Positions 7,562 through 16,814 of a stretch of 41,214 nt of DNA are shown here, piece by piece. The stretch lies in NCBI GenBank assembly GCA_964356195.1, contig CAYHGP010000006.1, positions 1-41,214 of the forward strand, read 5' to 3'. The stretch comes from an uncultured Candidatus Peribacteria bacterium. GTDB lineage: Bacteria > Patescibacteriota > Gracilibacteria > UBA1369 > 2-02-FULL-48-14. The notes below the pieces were generated by a model. That model was not told the DNA's origin, ran no database searches, and was given only the letters and a program-made list of their open reading frames with translations. Within the stretch, counting starts at the first letter, position 1, and the number at the start of each line of letters is the position of its first letter. Position numbers and translations under genes: made by a program.

Positions 7562-9700
7562 ATGGACTGTATGTCGTATCCCTCCCTACGCAAACAGATT
7601 CTTGAACGACGGCCGGATCTTCCTATTAAGGCCATTGATTTGGCGTATGAGTTTGCGAGAAAATCCCATGGAACTCAAAAGCGTTATTCGGGCGAGGCCT
7701 ACATTGTGCATCCGGTGGAGGTGGCGCGCATTTTGCTGACTTTGAATCCCGACTTGCCCGCGATGCAAGCGGCTTTGCTACACGATGTGACGGAAGATAC
7801 TCCTGTGAAAAAAGAGGCCATTGAAGAAATTTTCGGAAAAGAAGTGGCCGATTTGGTGGAAGGTCTTGAAAAGTTGGCCGTGGTGAAAGTGCGCAAGGAA
7901 GATCCGCAGGTGGAAAAGTGGAAGAAGATGTTTTTAGCCATGGCGAAGGATGTGCGCATTGTGTTCATCAAACTGGCCGACCGACTTCATAATATGCGAA
8001 CCTTGCAACACGTGCCGCCGCACAAGCAGGAACGCATTGCGCGAGAGACTTTGGGAGTTCACGCCGCCATTGCGTCGCGACTCGGTATTTATCAAATCAA
8101 AAGCGAACTGGAGGATTTGTGTTTTCAGTACCTTTACCCGGAGGAGTACAAGGAGCTTTCGGAAAAACTTCGCACGCAGCAAGAGCGAAGTGAGGAGTGC
8201 ATGGCGTTTGCCACTTCACAACTGGAAGAACTGCTGAAACGTGAGGGAGTGAAATTTGTGGAAGTTCAGGGTCGCATGAAACACCTGTGGAGTATTTATC
8301 AAAAATTGCAGAAAAAAGAGGCGGATAGTTTGGATGATATTTATGATCTTTTTGCGGTGCGTATTATTTTGCCCGATCTTTTTCGCGGCGAGAAAGAACA
8401 GGTCTCTCATGTCTATTCGGTTCTTGGACTCCTTCACAATGAGTACATTCCTTTGCAGGATCGCTTTAAAGATTATATTGCCGTTCCAAAATCCAACGGT
8501 TACCGCAGCATACACACCACGGTTCTCGGTTTGGGTGGGGATTTGTACGACGAACCCACCGAAGTTCAGATTCGAACTTTGACTATGCACAAGGAATCCG
8601 AAATTGGAATTGCCTCGCATTGGACTTATAAGTTGGGTAAAAAAACGAGCAAGGTTTTGGATAGAAAAGTACATTTCGCCCTGCAAAATGCGCTGCAAAA
8701 GCTTAAGGTTTTGGTGAAGAGCAATCCGGAGCTGGAATCGGACGTGAGGGCGTGGGTGGAACGTTACCAATTTTTAACGCCGGACGAACGGAAAAAAATC
8801 GAGAAAAATTTAAAGGACGCCGGAGTAACTGCGGAAGATTTACTCGCCGTTAAAAAAGGACGCAGTCAGGAAGCTCCCAGTTTGCATGGCAATGTTGAGG
8901 AACAAATGGCGTGGCTTCGCGGACTCACTAAAGAGCAAAACATTAAGTCGGAAATCGATTTGTATCCGGACCGCATTTTTGTGCTTACGCCGAAGGAGAA
9001 AGTCATTGAGCTTCCTCTTGGAGCGAATCCCATTGATTTTGCTTTTGCCGTACACACCGAGGTGGGCACCAAAATGGTGAGTGCCAAAGTGAACGGGCGC
9101 ATTGTGCCTTTCGAATATGAGCTTAAGAATGGGGAAGTGGTGGAAGTGGTGACGCGCAGCAACGCGAAGCCGAATCGTTACTGGCTTTCTTTGGCGCGAA
9201 CCTCGGAGGCGCGAAGCAAAATTAAGAATTGGTTCAATAAGCAGGATAAATCTCTGAATGTGGCGGCCGGAAGGGACATGGTGAACCGCGAATTACAGCT
9301 TTTGGGGAAGCCTGTTTTGGATGACAAAATCGCCTTATTAAAAGACTACGCCGGTTTGGCGCGCACTCCCGCTGCCCGTGAACTGCTTTTGGAAAATGTT
9401 GGACTCGGTACGGTTTCTGCTTTCCAAATTGTGAAGACGGTTTACCCCGATGAAACGGCCCAGGCGCGTAAAAAGAGTGTCATCAGCGCGGTCGCCTCTT
9501 ACACCGATAAGGTTCTCGTCACCGGTGAGGAAAATTTACCGGTGGTTCTGAGCGCCTGCTGCAAACCAAAACCGCCTCATGCCATTATGGGCTACGTTAC
9601 CCGCGGCCAATTCATTCGCATCCACAAACAGAGTTGCAAGGAATTGAGTGGCCTTGAAAAGGAAAGATTCGTTAGCGCGGTGTGGAAGGAGCGGCTATGA
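7562..9700 (+). CDS. relA: Bifunctional (p)ppGpp synthetase/hydrolase (long RelA/SpoT homologue)
   Basis: 712 aa. It has the HD hydrolase motif (HPVEVA...LHDVTEDT), the synthetase region (DLFAVRIIL...GYRSIHTTV...EVQIRT), a TGS region (IFVLTPKEKVIELPLGANPIDFAFAVHTEVG) and an ACT-like C-terminus. Confidence 0.95.
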   Translation: MDCMSYPSLRKQILERRPDLPIKAIDLAYEFARKSHGTQKRYSGEAYIVHPVEVARILLTLNPDLPAMQAALLHDVTEDTPVKKEAIEEIFGKEVADLVEGLEKLAVVKVRKEDPQVEKWKKMFLAMAKDVRIVFIKLADRLHNMRTLQHVPPHKQERIARETLGVHAAIASRLGIYQIKSELEDLCFQYLYPEEYKELSEKLRTQQERSEECMAFATSQLEELLKREGVKFVEVQGRMKHLWSIYQKLQKKEADSLDDIYDLFAVRIILPDLFRGEKEQVSHVYSVLGLLHNEYIPLQDRFKDYIAVPKSNGYRSIHTTVLGLGGDLYDEPTEVQIRTLTMHKESEIGIASHWTYKLGKKTSKVLDRKVHFALQNALQKLKVLVKSNPELESDVRAWVERYQFLTPDERKKIEKNLKDAGVTAEDLLAVKKGRSQEAPSLHGNVEEQMAWLRGLTKEQNIKSEIDLYPDRIFVLTPKEKVIELPLGANPIDFAFAVHTEVGTKMVSAKVNGRIVPFEYELKNGEVVEVVTRSNAKPNRYWLSLARTSEARSKIKNWFNKQDKSLNVAAGRDMVNRELQLLGKPVLDDKIALLKDYAGLARTPAARELLLENVGLGTVSAFQIVKTVYPDETAQARKKSVISAVASYTDKVLVTGEENLPVVLSACCKPKPPHAIMGYVTRGQFIRIHKQSCKELSGLEKERFVSAVWKERL

Positions 9701-10298
9701 GCCTCATTCCACCATATCCAATCAGCAAAAAGCCAACTATTAAGTTTAGTGTTTGGATGAGCATTGTTGGCACGGTTTCTTTTAGTAAAGAAAGTATAAC
9801 TACCGACGTCCCCATAAATAATAATGTTGCTAATCCTGTCGCGAATCCAAAGAGATATAACTCTCTTTTTGTATAATTATATTCGACTGCTTTTGTAGCG
9901 AATAGGCTCGTAAAAAAGACAATGGTCATTGGGCTGGAAATTGTGAGAAGAAAAGTCGAGGAAAAGCTTGTAAGGAGGCTTGCAGATTGAAGGTTTGAAG
10001 TTGTTGCAATATTTCCACCGGCTATACTTTTAATGATGAAAAGACCAAATATAATCAAGACAATCGAACTGATGATACCGAAAGCTTTTTTAATTTTCTT
10101 TTTTTCGAGTAGTTTCCCGATGCCCAATATGGCAAGTGTAATATAAAGGTAATCGACTATTGTCACTGCCGTCACAGCAATAAGACCGTCGAGCAGTGAT
10201 TTTTGTAAGGCTAAATTAATGATGAAAAAGAAAACCGGTCCAATTGCCAGCTGAAGGATTAGTCCTGTTATTAAACCGTTTTTAAAGACTTTCATCAT
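9672..10298 (-). CDS. LysE/ArgO-family amino-acid exporter
   Basis: 208 aa and six TM segments. The N-terminus FKNGLITGLILQLAIGPVFFFIINLALQKS is typical of LysE-type translocators. Its 3' end overlaps the relA 3' end by 29 nt (convergent). Confidence 0.7.
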   Translation of the reverse strand: MMKVFKNGLITGLILQLAIGPVFFFIINLALQKSLLDGLIAVTAVTIVDYLYITLAILGIGKLLEKKKIKKAFGIISSIVLIIFGLFIIKSIAGGNIATTSNLQSASLLTSFSSTFLLTISSPMTIVFFTSLFATKAVEYNYTKRELYLFGFATGLATLLFMGTSVVILSLLKETVPTMLIQTLNLIVGFLLIGYGGMRLIAAPSTPR

Positions 10299-10307
10299 TA
10301 AGATCCC

Positions 10308-10907
10308 TTACTTTTTTTCGCCGGAAAGCAGCTTGTAAGTCCACATCCCAAGAATAGCGCCAATCACAGGACCCAGGACGTACATGAGGTTGAAGGAACC
10401 GATGGAGAGAGCGACGGCAGGATTGAGGACTCCGTTGGAAACGGAAGCGGCGATGGAAATTCCAAGGAGAAGAGAGCCACCTACTACGATCCCGAGAAGA
10501 TCTTTGGGAACGCGACCGTACATTACAGCGGCAACTCCGAAGGCGAAGAAGAAAGCACCGAAGCCTTCAGCAACGGCAATCCAAGGAGAAGTGCTCATGG
10601 CGAGTACGGCCGGGTCAACCATTTGTGCGGTGACGGCGAGAGCGGCCCAAGCTCCAAGGAATTGCGCAATCCAGTAGCCAATGGCGTCTTGCCAAGTGAT
10701 TTTCCCGATGGAAAGAGCTCCTGCAGTGATGGCTGGGTTGAGATGAGTTCCGGAAATGTGTCCGATGGTATAAACGAAAAGGCCCAAGGTCAGACCGGCA
10801 AGTACTGGAGTTGGAACGGGAAAAGTTCCTGCAAGCGAGAGCGCAACCACGAAGGCCAAAGCAAAAGTGCCGATGAACTCCGCAAGATACTTGTTGAAGT
10901 TTTTCAT
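10308..10907 (-). CDS. aqpZ: Aquaporin/MIP-family channel (short, 199 aa)
   Basis: Two NPA boxes are present: HISGTHLNPAITAG and GVLNPAVALSIG. The N-terminus is AEFIGTFALAF. Confidence 0.9.
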   Translation of the reverse strand: MKNFNKYLAEFIGTFALAFVVALSLAGTFPVPTPVLAGLTLGLFVYTIGHISGTHLNPAITAGALSIGKITWQDAIGYWIAQFLGAWAALAVTAQMVDPAVLAMSTSPWIAVAEGFGAFFFAFGVAAVMYGRVPKDLLGIVVGGSLLLGISIAASVSNGVLNPAVALSIGSFNLMYVLGPVIGAILGMWTYKLLSGEKK

Positions 10908-10962
10908 GGGGCGTGGGTTAGGATGGCTTCAGTATAGGGAAGAAAAGAGAAAGCGTCAAAAA

Positions 10963-11685
10963 TCAGGCTTGCACTCGTAAAGTTTTCAGCGGTTTCTCCA
11001 AATGCGGGCTAAAAAAGCCGGGGATCCATTCTTTGAGCGTTTCGTGCTCTTCTGGAAGCAGCGTGACTTTTTGGCATTCGCTGGAGGGAGCGCGGCGGAA
11101 AAACTCGAAGGCTTTGCAGTATTTGAGAGGGAAGGATGGGTGATGATTGTTGCTGCAATCGGCGCAAGCGAGAGTGCCGGCGTCGTGGTCCCAGTGAGCG
11201 TCTTCTTCCAAAGTGCGATGGCAGTGGCCGCATTGTTTGAAGCTGGGGAGAAAGCCGAGTAAATGAGCGAGTTTGATGAGCGCCACTTCGGGAATGAAGG
11301 CATGGGCGTCTTTTTGATTCAGGTCTTGCAGAGTTTCCAAAAGTAAATCGTAAACTTCGGGCTGGTGGTTTTCCTCTTGCATCGATTTTTCGAGAATTTC
11401 CAAAAATACAGACACACGGAGAATGCGATCGATATTGTTTTTGAGTTCGGAAAAACTGCATTCGGCTTGCGGGCTTTGAAGGTAAGGGTGATGTGCGGAG
11501 TGGTAAATGGTCCCGCGAATAAGGTTCATTCCCTCTAAGTGACCACGGCGGCGGGAACCCGGAACGGCCGCGCCTTTCGCGACAAGATCCAGACGTTCGC
11601 CGTCACTCGAAAGCACGGTGACGAGCAAATCTTTTTCGCCCCATTCGCGGGTGCGGAGAATGATGCCGGTGAGGTTTGTAATCAT
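10963..11685 (-). CDS. recO: DNA repair protein RecO
   Basis: 240 aa. It has an N-terminal OB-fold pattern (GIILRTREWGEKDLLVTVLSSDGERLDLVAKGA) and a Cys4 zinc motif (CGHC...CADC). Confidence 0.85.
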   Translation of the reverse strand: MITNLTGIILRTREWGEKDLLVTVLSSDGERLDLVAKGAAVPGSRRRGHLEGMNLIRGTIYHSAHHPYLQSPQAECSFSELKNNIDRILRVSVFLEILEKSMQEENHQPEVYDLLLETLQDLNQKDAHAFIPEVALIKLAHLLGFLPSFKQCGHCHRTLEEDAHWDHDAGTLACADCSNNHHPSFPLKYCKAFEFFRRAPSSECQKVTLLPEEHETLKEWIPGFFSPHLEKPLKTLRVQA

Positions 11686-11711
11686 CAGGCGGAACGAAGT
11701 GAAGCCTAAAA

Positions 11712-12629
11712 TTAAGAAGGGTCTAAAACGAGGGTGCGATTCAAATAGAAATTGGTGGCCAAGGTGCTGGCGATGACGCCCACGCCCACGCTCACCACGA
11801 GTTCACCGAGGAAAAGCCAAACGGGGCTGAAGTTTTCGGAAAAGTTTACGTAGTCGGAAAGTGACGTGCCTTCTAGGAAAAACATCAAAAGAAAAAAGCT
11901 GAAGAATACCGCCACCAGGCTGTAGACGCCGCCTTCAAACAAAAAGGGGAAGCGAATCATTCCGGGTTTTGCGCCCACCAGCTGCATGATTTGGATTTCG
12001 GTTTTGCGGGTGAAAATGCTGAGGTGGATGGCATTCATAATCATCAACAAGGAGCCGAAGAGGAAAGTAATCACTACACCCACGATGAGTTTTTTGGTGA
12101 ACTGCGTTACGCCAATGAGTTTTGCGGCAATGGCTTCGTTTTCCGAGGAACTTTCCGTGCTGAGGAGTAAGCCGGTGTAGGCGGATTGATCGAGATAATC
12201 TAAAACCATTTGATGTTGGTCGGGGCTTTCGGTGACAATCCTCAGGCTGGAAGGCAGCGGATTTTCAATACCATAGACGGTGAAAGGGTCCGCCTTGTCC
12301 GGGTAGAGGTCTATGAATTGTTCGAGGGCTTGGTCGCTGCTGGTGAATTCCACTTCTGTGACCACGGGAAGGGATTCCACTTCGGCAACCAGGTCGTTGA
12401 TTTCGTAGGCGGAAGTTCCTTCCTTAAGGTAAATGATGAGGTCGATTTTTTGGGCGAGCTGGTCAAGGCTGCTTTGCGTGAGGACGTTCAGCACCATAAT
12501 CACGTTGAAAATGAAGAGGATGAGCCCCATCATCACCGTGGTGGCAACGGAAAGCAGGAGGTTGCGACCCACGTTTTGCAGCGAGATGTGAGCTAGGCGG
12601 CGGAAATTGTAAGCGAGTCTTGGTCGCAT
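11712..12629 (-). CDS. ftsX: Cell-division ABC transporter permease FtsX
   Basis: 305 aa. The N-terminus is ...SLQNVGRNLLLSVATTVMMGLILF, followed by a large extracytoplasmic loop and three C-terminal TM segments with MQLVGAKPGMIRFPFLFEG. Confidence 0.9.
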   Translation of the reverse strand: MRPRLAYNFRRLAHISLQNVGRNLLLSVATTVMMGLILFIFNVIMVLNVLTQSSLDQLAQKIDLIIYLKEGTSAYEINDLVAEVESLPVVTEVEFTSSDQALEQFIDLYPDKADPFTVYGIENPLPSSLRIVTESPDQHQMVLDYLDQSAYTGLLLSTESSSENEAIAAKLIGVTQFTKKLIVGVVITFLFGSLLMIMNAIHLSIFTRKTEIQIMQLVGAKPGMIRFPFLFEGGVYSLVAVFFSFFLLMFFLEGTSLSDYVNFSENFSPVWLFLGELVVSVGVGVIASTLATNFYLNRTLVLDPS

Positions 12630-13075
12630 GGAGTGGCGGTTTCGATGGAGCGGCGGATAAGCGAACTTTTGAAGGTCTGGGGTTCGAAGGCATCGAGGCG
12701 AATCACCTCGATGTCGAGTTTTTCTTTGATGAAGTAGTTCTTGAGGCCGTAGGTGAAAACATATTGATCGTAACCGAGAGCGAGGAGGTCCGGGGCGTAC
12801 TTTTTTATGACGCGGTATTTGTCGTCGGCATAACCGAGTACGGCTTTGCTCACGTGGGCGCAGGCGGCCACATCGCGAAGTCGTTTGCGTTCGTTGTATT
12901 TGGCGGCGTGACCTTTTACTTTTTTCACGGTTTCGTCACGGGCCACCACCACAATGAGTTCGGTGCCGAGGGCTTTGGCCTGCTTTAAATAATCTTCATG
13001 ACCGGCATGAAAAAAATCGAAGGTTCCAAAGGCCATGACGGTTTTGGGCCCGGTTTTGTCAGAAGAGGTTTGCAT
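12593..13075 (-). CDS. ribL: Archaeal RibL-type FAD synthetase (FMN adenylyltransferase), cytidylyltransferase fold
   Basis: AFGTFDFFHAGHEDYLKQAKALGTELIVVVARDETVKKVKGHAA closely matches my recollection of Methanocaldococcus RibL (GTFDILHPGH...ELIVIVARDETVKKLKG). The start is uncertain (13075, 13036 or 13111). 13075 keeps the first beta strand. Confidence 0.7.
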   Translation of the reverse strand: MQTSSDKTGPKTVMAFGTFDFFHAGHEDYLKQAKALGTELIVVVARDETVKKVKGHAAKYNERKRLRDVAACAHVSKAVLGYADDKYRVIKKYAPDLLALGYDQYVFTYGLKNYFIKEKLDIEVIRLDAFEPQTFKSSLIRRSIETATPCDQDSLTISAA

Positions 13076-13373
13076 CGGGGAAGCCAAAGTTAAGGTAAAG
13101 CGCGCCGGCAAAAACCGCGACGGACAGTGCGCTGCAGATTACGAACGGAACTTTCAAGTTTCCAACGATGTCTTCGAGAGTGAGCGAAAGTTGAGCGCTT
13201 CCATAGAGAAGAGCGGAAAGCAGAAAGGGCAGGTCGAGTGCATTGAAAAGCAAGGTGTCGGCAGGGTTTATGACTCCTTGAGCAATCAGCAGGGAACTGC
13301 TGACGTGCAGCCCTCCGAGGACAACGAAAAACAGGAAGGAAACGGACGCCAGACTTTGCAGTGTTTTTTGCAT
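13059..13373 (-). CDS. Small membrane protein (three TM segments), unknown function
   Basis: 104 aa and hydrophobic. It is tightly packed between neighbours on the same strand. Confidence 0.5.
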   Translation of the reverse strand: MQKTLQSLASVSFLFFVVLGGLHVSSSLLIAQGVINPADTLLFNALDLPFLLSALLYGSAQLSLTLEDIVGNLKVPFVICSALSVAVFAGALYLNFGFPDANLF

Positions 13374-13412
13374 GGGTGAAGTATAGCGAAGGAATGAGTT
13401 GTTGCGCTAGAG

Positions 13413-14876
13413 TCAGTTCGTATCTACGAGTGAAAAGGACTCGTACTCTTTAACGAGTTCCCAGCCGTTTTCGGTTTTTTCCCAGTCGATTTGGTCTTTC
13501 AGTATAAGAGGGTCGCCTCCGGTTGGGCTTTCAAAACGATACAAAGTGGGGGCTCCATTTTCTAAATCCCACAGGAGCCAGTACTCTTTGGCTTCGGGGT
13601 CCTCGATTCGAACTACAATCTGTTTCAGATCGGGAGATAAAAATTGATGAACGCCCAAAGGACTCGGACTGCCCCACGAATCTTTCGAGAAACCTTGATC
13701 AAAACTTTCATTGGGGATGTGTTCGTCGTTTAAGTAAATCCCCGCCAAATGGTCTCCATCACAGTTGGCCTCTTCATACACTTTGAAGTGGTAAAGGCGA
13801 TCTTCTCTTGTGATTATTTTTTCCCACTTACAACCGTCGGTGTTTCCACCGTCTCCGCCCGTTTGGGCGATCCAAACTTGTTCGGTGAGATCCAAAAGAG
13901 ATTGAAAGACTTGTGTGATTAAACCGGTTTCTGCGTCGTACCAATCTATAACTTCGGTATGGAGGTAGCCTGTGCGCGATTCCCCCTCTCCATAGAACTG
14001 ATTGTAATTCATAAGGAATTCTTCGGCGTCGGCCTCGAAGAGCAGAGTGGCTGTTTCATCCTCGAAACTGTAAACTTCCACTTTCTCTCTGGATTCCACT
14101 GTGAAGAGGTTTCGTGGTTCCCCTTCAATTTCTGTGTGAAACCAGTTGCCTTCGTTTTCCACGAACCAACCCATAATAAAATCGTCTTCGTATTCCCAGA
14201 GCACGTGTTCTTCATCGAGCGGGCCTAAAACTGTTGGGAATTCCATGACCTCCCCGAAAAAGGAACTTTCTTTAAAACTCCTGCATTTCTCCACGGAGGC
14301 TTCAAAATCCCATGTGCAGGCGTCGTCTTCTTCAAAATCGACTGTAAATTCGCTGCTCTCCACCGGACCTTCTTGGAAATTTGCTGAGATTTCGCCCAGT
14401 TCTTGGTCTTTCGTTGTCATCTCAATGATTTGGATATCTCTGATGCCATAGGACTCATCGTCTGAAGTGAAAAAATAAGACCCTCCATCGTCGATGTAGT
14501 TTTCCTCGATTGTTTCGGTTCCAGGTTTTAAAAACTCTAGAGTCAGCAGAAAATCTTCAATGCTGATGGGGTCTAAAATGATACGAACGTAAGCTTGTTC
14601 GTAGCCTTCTTCATTTACTTGTAAATCCAAGCTTCCAATAGGCAGTATGACTAAGCCCTCATCTTCAAGGGTTCCTTGTAGTAGTTCCGGCGCTTCAAGA
14701 ATATAAGCTTCCGATCTCACAAGGTCGTCATCCCAGTCGATTGGCCCAAGGATGAGACTTTCAATGACTATTGTATTTTCCAGAGCCGTTTCTTCAATGT
14801 TTGCCGGAGTGCATCCAAATAAAGACAAGGCGGCTAGGCTCAAAAGGTAATTCAGGAGGCGCGGTGTGTCTTTCAT
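13413..14876 (-). CDS. Acidic secreted lipoprotein, unknown function
   Basis: The signal peptide carries a lipobox (LSLAALSLFGC). The mature part is very D/E-rich and aromatic-rich. No recognisable domain. Confidence 0.7.
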   Translation of the reverse strand: MKDTPRLLNYLLSLAALSLFGCTPANIEETALENTIVIESLILGPIDWDDDLVRSEAYILEAPELLQGTLEDEGLVILPIGSLDLQVNEEGYEQAYVRIILDPISIEDFLLTLEFLKPGTETIEENYIDDGGSYFFTSDDESYGIRDIQIIEMTTKDQELGEISANFQEGPVESSEFTVDFEEDDACTWDFEASVEKCRSFKESSFFGEVMEFPTVLGPLDEEHVLWEYEDDFIMGWFVENEGNWFHTEIEGEPRNLFTVESREKVEVYSFEDETATLLFEADAEEFLMNYNQFYGEGESRTGYLHTEVIDWYDAETGLITQVFQSLLDLTEQVWIAQTGGDGGNTDGCKWEKIITREDRLYHFKVYEEANCDGDHLAGIYLNDEHIPNESFDQGFSKDSWGSPSPLGVHQFLSPDLKQIVVRIEDPEAKEYWLLWDLENGAPTLYRFESPTGGDPLILKDQIDWEKTENGWELVKEYESFSLVDTN

Positions 14877-14938
14877 GGCCTAGGTTTATTGGACCGAACT
14901 CAGCATAGCGATGCGGGAATGACTTTGCTAGATTGATA

Positions 14939-14978
14939 TTGAAATTCTCTTGCGGCTAGATACTATGTACTATACAGT
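14939..14978 (+). promoter_or_regulatory. Candidate padR promoter with an overlapping imperfect palindrome (possible PadR autoregulatory operator)
   Basis: The promoter is TTGAAA (14939-14944), a 16-nt spacer, then TACTAT (14961-14966). The imperfect palindrome ACTATGTA-C-TATACAGT (14962-14978) matches 6 of 8 positions per half-site and overlaps the -10. Confidence 0.3.
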
Positions 14979-15000
14979 AAGTTCACTTTAAGCTTAATTT

Positions 15001-15339
15001 ATGCATTTTTCCAAAGAAATTTTGAAAGGAAGTATTGAAATCATTGTCCTTCAGGCTCTCAAGGAGTCGAGCGAGGCTTACGGTTATCAATTGCTCACGT
15101 CTATACAAGAAATGAGCGAGGGTACTTTTGATTTCCAGGAAAGCACGCTTTATCCTTTGCTTTATCGACTTGAGGAGAAGGGCTTGCTGAGCAGTGATCG
15201 AAAGAAAGCTCCGAGCGGCAAGGAACGACGTTACTACCGTTTGACGCCTAAGGGCAGCAAGATTCTTGCTGAGAAACGCATTGAACTGGGTCATTTCATA
15301 AAAGGTATGAATAAAATTTTAAAGTTCAATCATGAATAA
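15001..15339 (+). CDS. PadR-family transcriptional regulator
   Basis: 112 aa. The winged-helix pattern is GSIEIIVLQALKESSEAYGYQLLTSIQEMSEG...ESTLYPLLYRLEEKGLL...RRYYRLTPKG. Confidence 0.9.
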   Translation: MHFSKEILKGSIEIIVLQALKESSEAYGYQLLTSIQEMSEGTFDFQESTLYPLLYRLEEKGLLSSDRKKAPSGKERRYYRLTPKGSKILAEKRIELGHFIKGMNKILKFNHE

Positions 15340-16801
15340 GAAGGAATACTTTACTTTTTTGAAGAAAAATTTACCCAAAGACAAGTATAAAGAACGGTTT
15401 TTAGAAGAACTGGAGGAGCATTTTGAGGATGCCTTGTATCTTGAAGCTTTCCAAAAAGAGGGGTCTGAAAGCCGCGTCTTAGCTCGTCTGGGAGCCCCTG
15501 AGCAAACTGTATTTTATTACAAACGATTTATGACTAAACACTCTGCTTTTTACACGTACTTGGAGTCTTTATTTTGGGGGATTCTTTCCACTCCTCTTTA
15601 CCTTTCCTTGTTTGTTGGAAACTCGGTTACGGAATCGACAGAGGTGCTTTTTCTTAAAGTGGTCCTTTGGTTTTTGACCGCCTCCGTTCTTGGAGGTGCT
15701 TTCTATCTTTTTTATCGTTTTGTGTTCTCCAAATTAAGACCTCTGAATGAACTCTTGAGTCCGCAGGGCAAGATCGGTTCGTTTTTTCTGAATCTCATCC
15801 CTGCTTGGCTTAGCGTTTCCTTGTTCACGACCTCTTTCTATATGGGGGATAACGATGAGGCGCAAGACTATTTGTTTCCTCTCGTCTTGCTGGCTTATGT
15901 TGTGGTGGTGGGTTTCTTTGCTTGGAAGGCCTATGCCCACAGTTTTAAGAAATCATGGATTATACATGAGGCAAAGCTTATGTACTTTTTCACATTGGCT
16001 CTATTTGTCGTACTTCTTTTTACGGAAGTGGGTGAGGTGGTACTTTATTTTTCGAAAGTGATTTGGGTGATTCTTTTTTACGGATTTTCCGGCCAACTCA
16101 CCCAGGCTGTTTGGACTTCCGGGCTTTTGGTCTTGGCATTGGGTCTCTTTAGTTTGTATGGCGTCGTTCGTTGGTTTGGTGAGCGTTCCAAGCCTTTCCC
16201 GCTTTTTAAAACCTGTCTTCTTGCGACGGTGATTTATGCTCTTTTTCTTCCCAGGCTTGGGAGTGAAGCTTATGAAGCGGTGGACTTGAATTGGAACAAA
16301 CCCGCCGTGGAATTTGTTTCTTTGCTTGAGAAAGAGGAAATGGGTCCTTTTTACCTTTGGTCCAAAAAGTTCCGTCGCGATGACGGTCCTAATATTCAGT
16401 ACTCCATCTCTTACCGAGGTGCGGGTTTCTTTATTCATATGCAGGATTTAGCGGATTACCAGTTGGTACCTACTTCTGTTGATGCACTTGGTTTTGAGAG
16501 CTTGGATACGGATCCTACTGAAGTTTATCCACAGACCAATTCAATTCTTCATGAAGATCTTCGTTGTGAACTCACTGAAATGGCTGCTCAATCTTATGAA
16601 GGTTTGGAGCCACCTACTTTGGGTGGAGAAACGGATTGTAAGGCGTTGTATTTTAAGGACGAGTTGATTTTCAGTAGAGAGGACGAGGGTTGGTTTATTC
16701 TTAAAAATGCAGTTTTTTCTCCCGATCAAACATGGATGCTCCTGGAATTCCAGGATGTCATGGAGGACCCCACTTTACTTTATTTGGTGGATTTGAGGTG
16801 A
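15332..16801 (+). CDS. Membrane protein with a DUF1700-like N-terminal helical domain (the usual PadR partner) and a large C-terminal extracytoplasmic domain
   Basis: It overlaps padR by 8 nt (ATGAATAA). The N-terminus KEYFTFLKKNLPKDKYKERFLEELEEHFEDAL...LGAPEQ fits the DUF1700 pattern. About eight TM segments follow, then an acidic soluble C-terminal domain of about 170 aa. Confidence 0.65.
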   Translation: MNKKEYFTFLKKNLPKDKYKERFLEELEEHFEDALYLEAFQKEGSESRVLARLGAPEQTVFYYKRFMTKHSAFYTYLESLFWGILSTPLYLSLFVGNSVTESTEVLFLKVVLWFLTASVLGGAFYLFYRFVFSKLRPLNELLSPQGKIGSFFLNLIPAWLSVSLFTTSFYMGDNDEAQDYLFPLVLLAYVVVVGFFAWKAYAHSFKKSWIIHEAKLMYFFTLALFVVLLFTEVGEVVLYFSKVIWVILFYGFSGQLTQAVWTSGLLVLALGLFSLYGVVRWFGERSKPFPLFKTCLLATVIYALFLPRLGSEAYEAVDLNWNKPAVEFVSLLEKEEMGPFYLWSKKFRRDDGPNIQYSISYRGAGFFIHMQDLADYQLVPTSVDALGFESLDTDPTEVYPQTNSILHEDLRCELTEMAAQSYEGLEPPTLGGETDCKALYFKDELIFSREDEGWFILKNAVFSPDQTWMLLEFQDVMEDPTLLYLVDLR

Positions 16802-16814
16802 GTTGTAATGTTGA

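Noticed and set aside
10986-11461. Two alternative-frame minus-strand ORFs (105 and 150 aa) inside recO
   Set aside because: They are out of frame with a clear RecO match, and their translations are Arg/Ser/Pro-rich, as is typical of off-frame reading.
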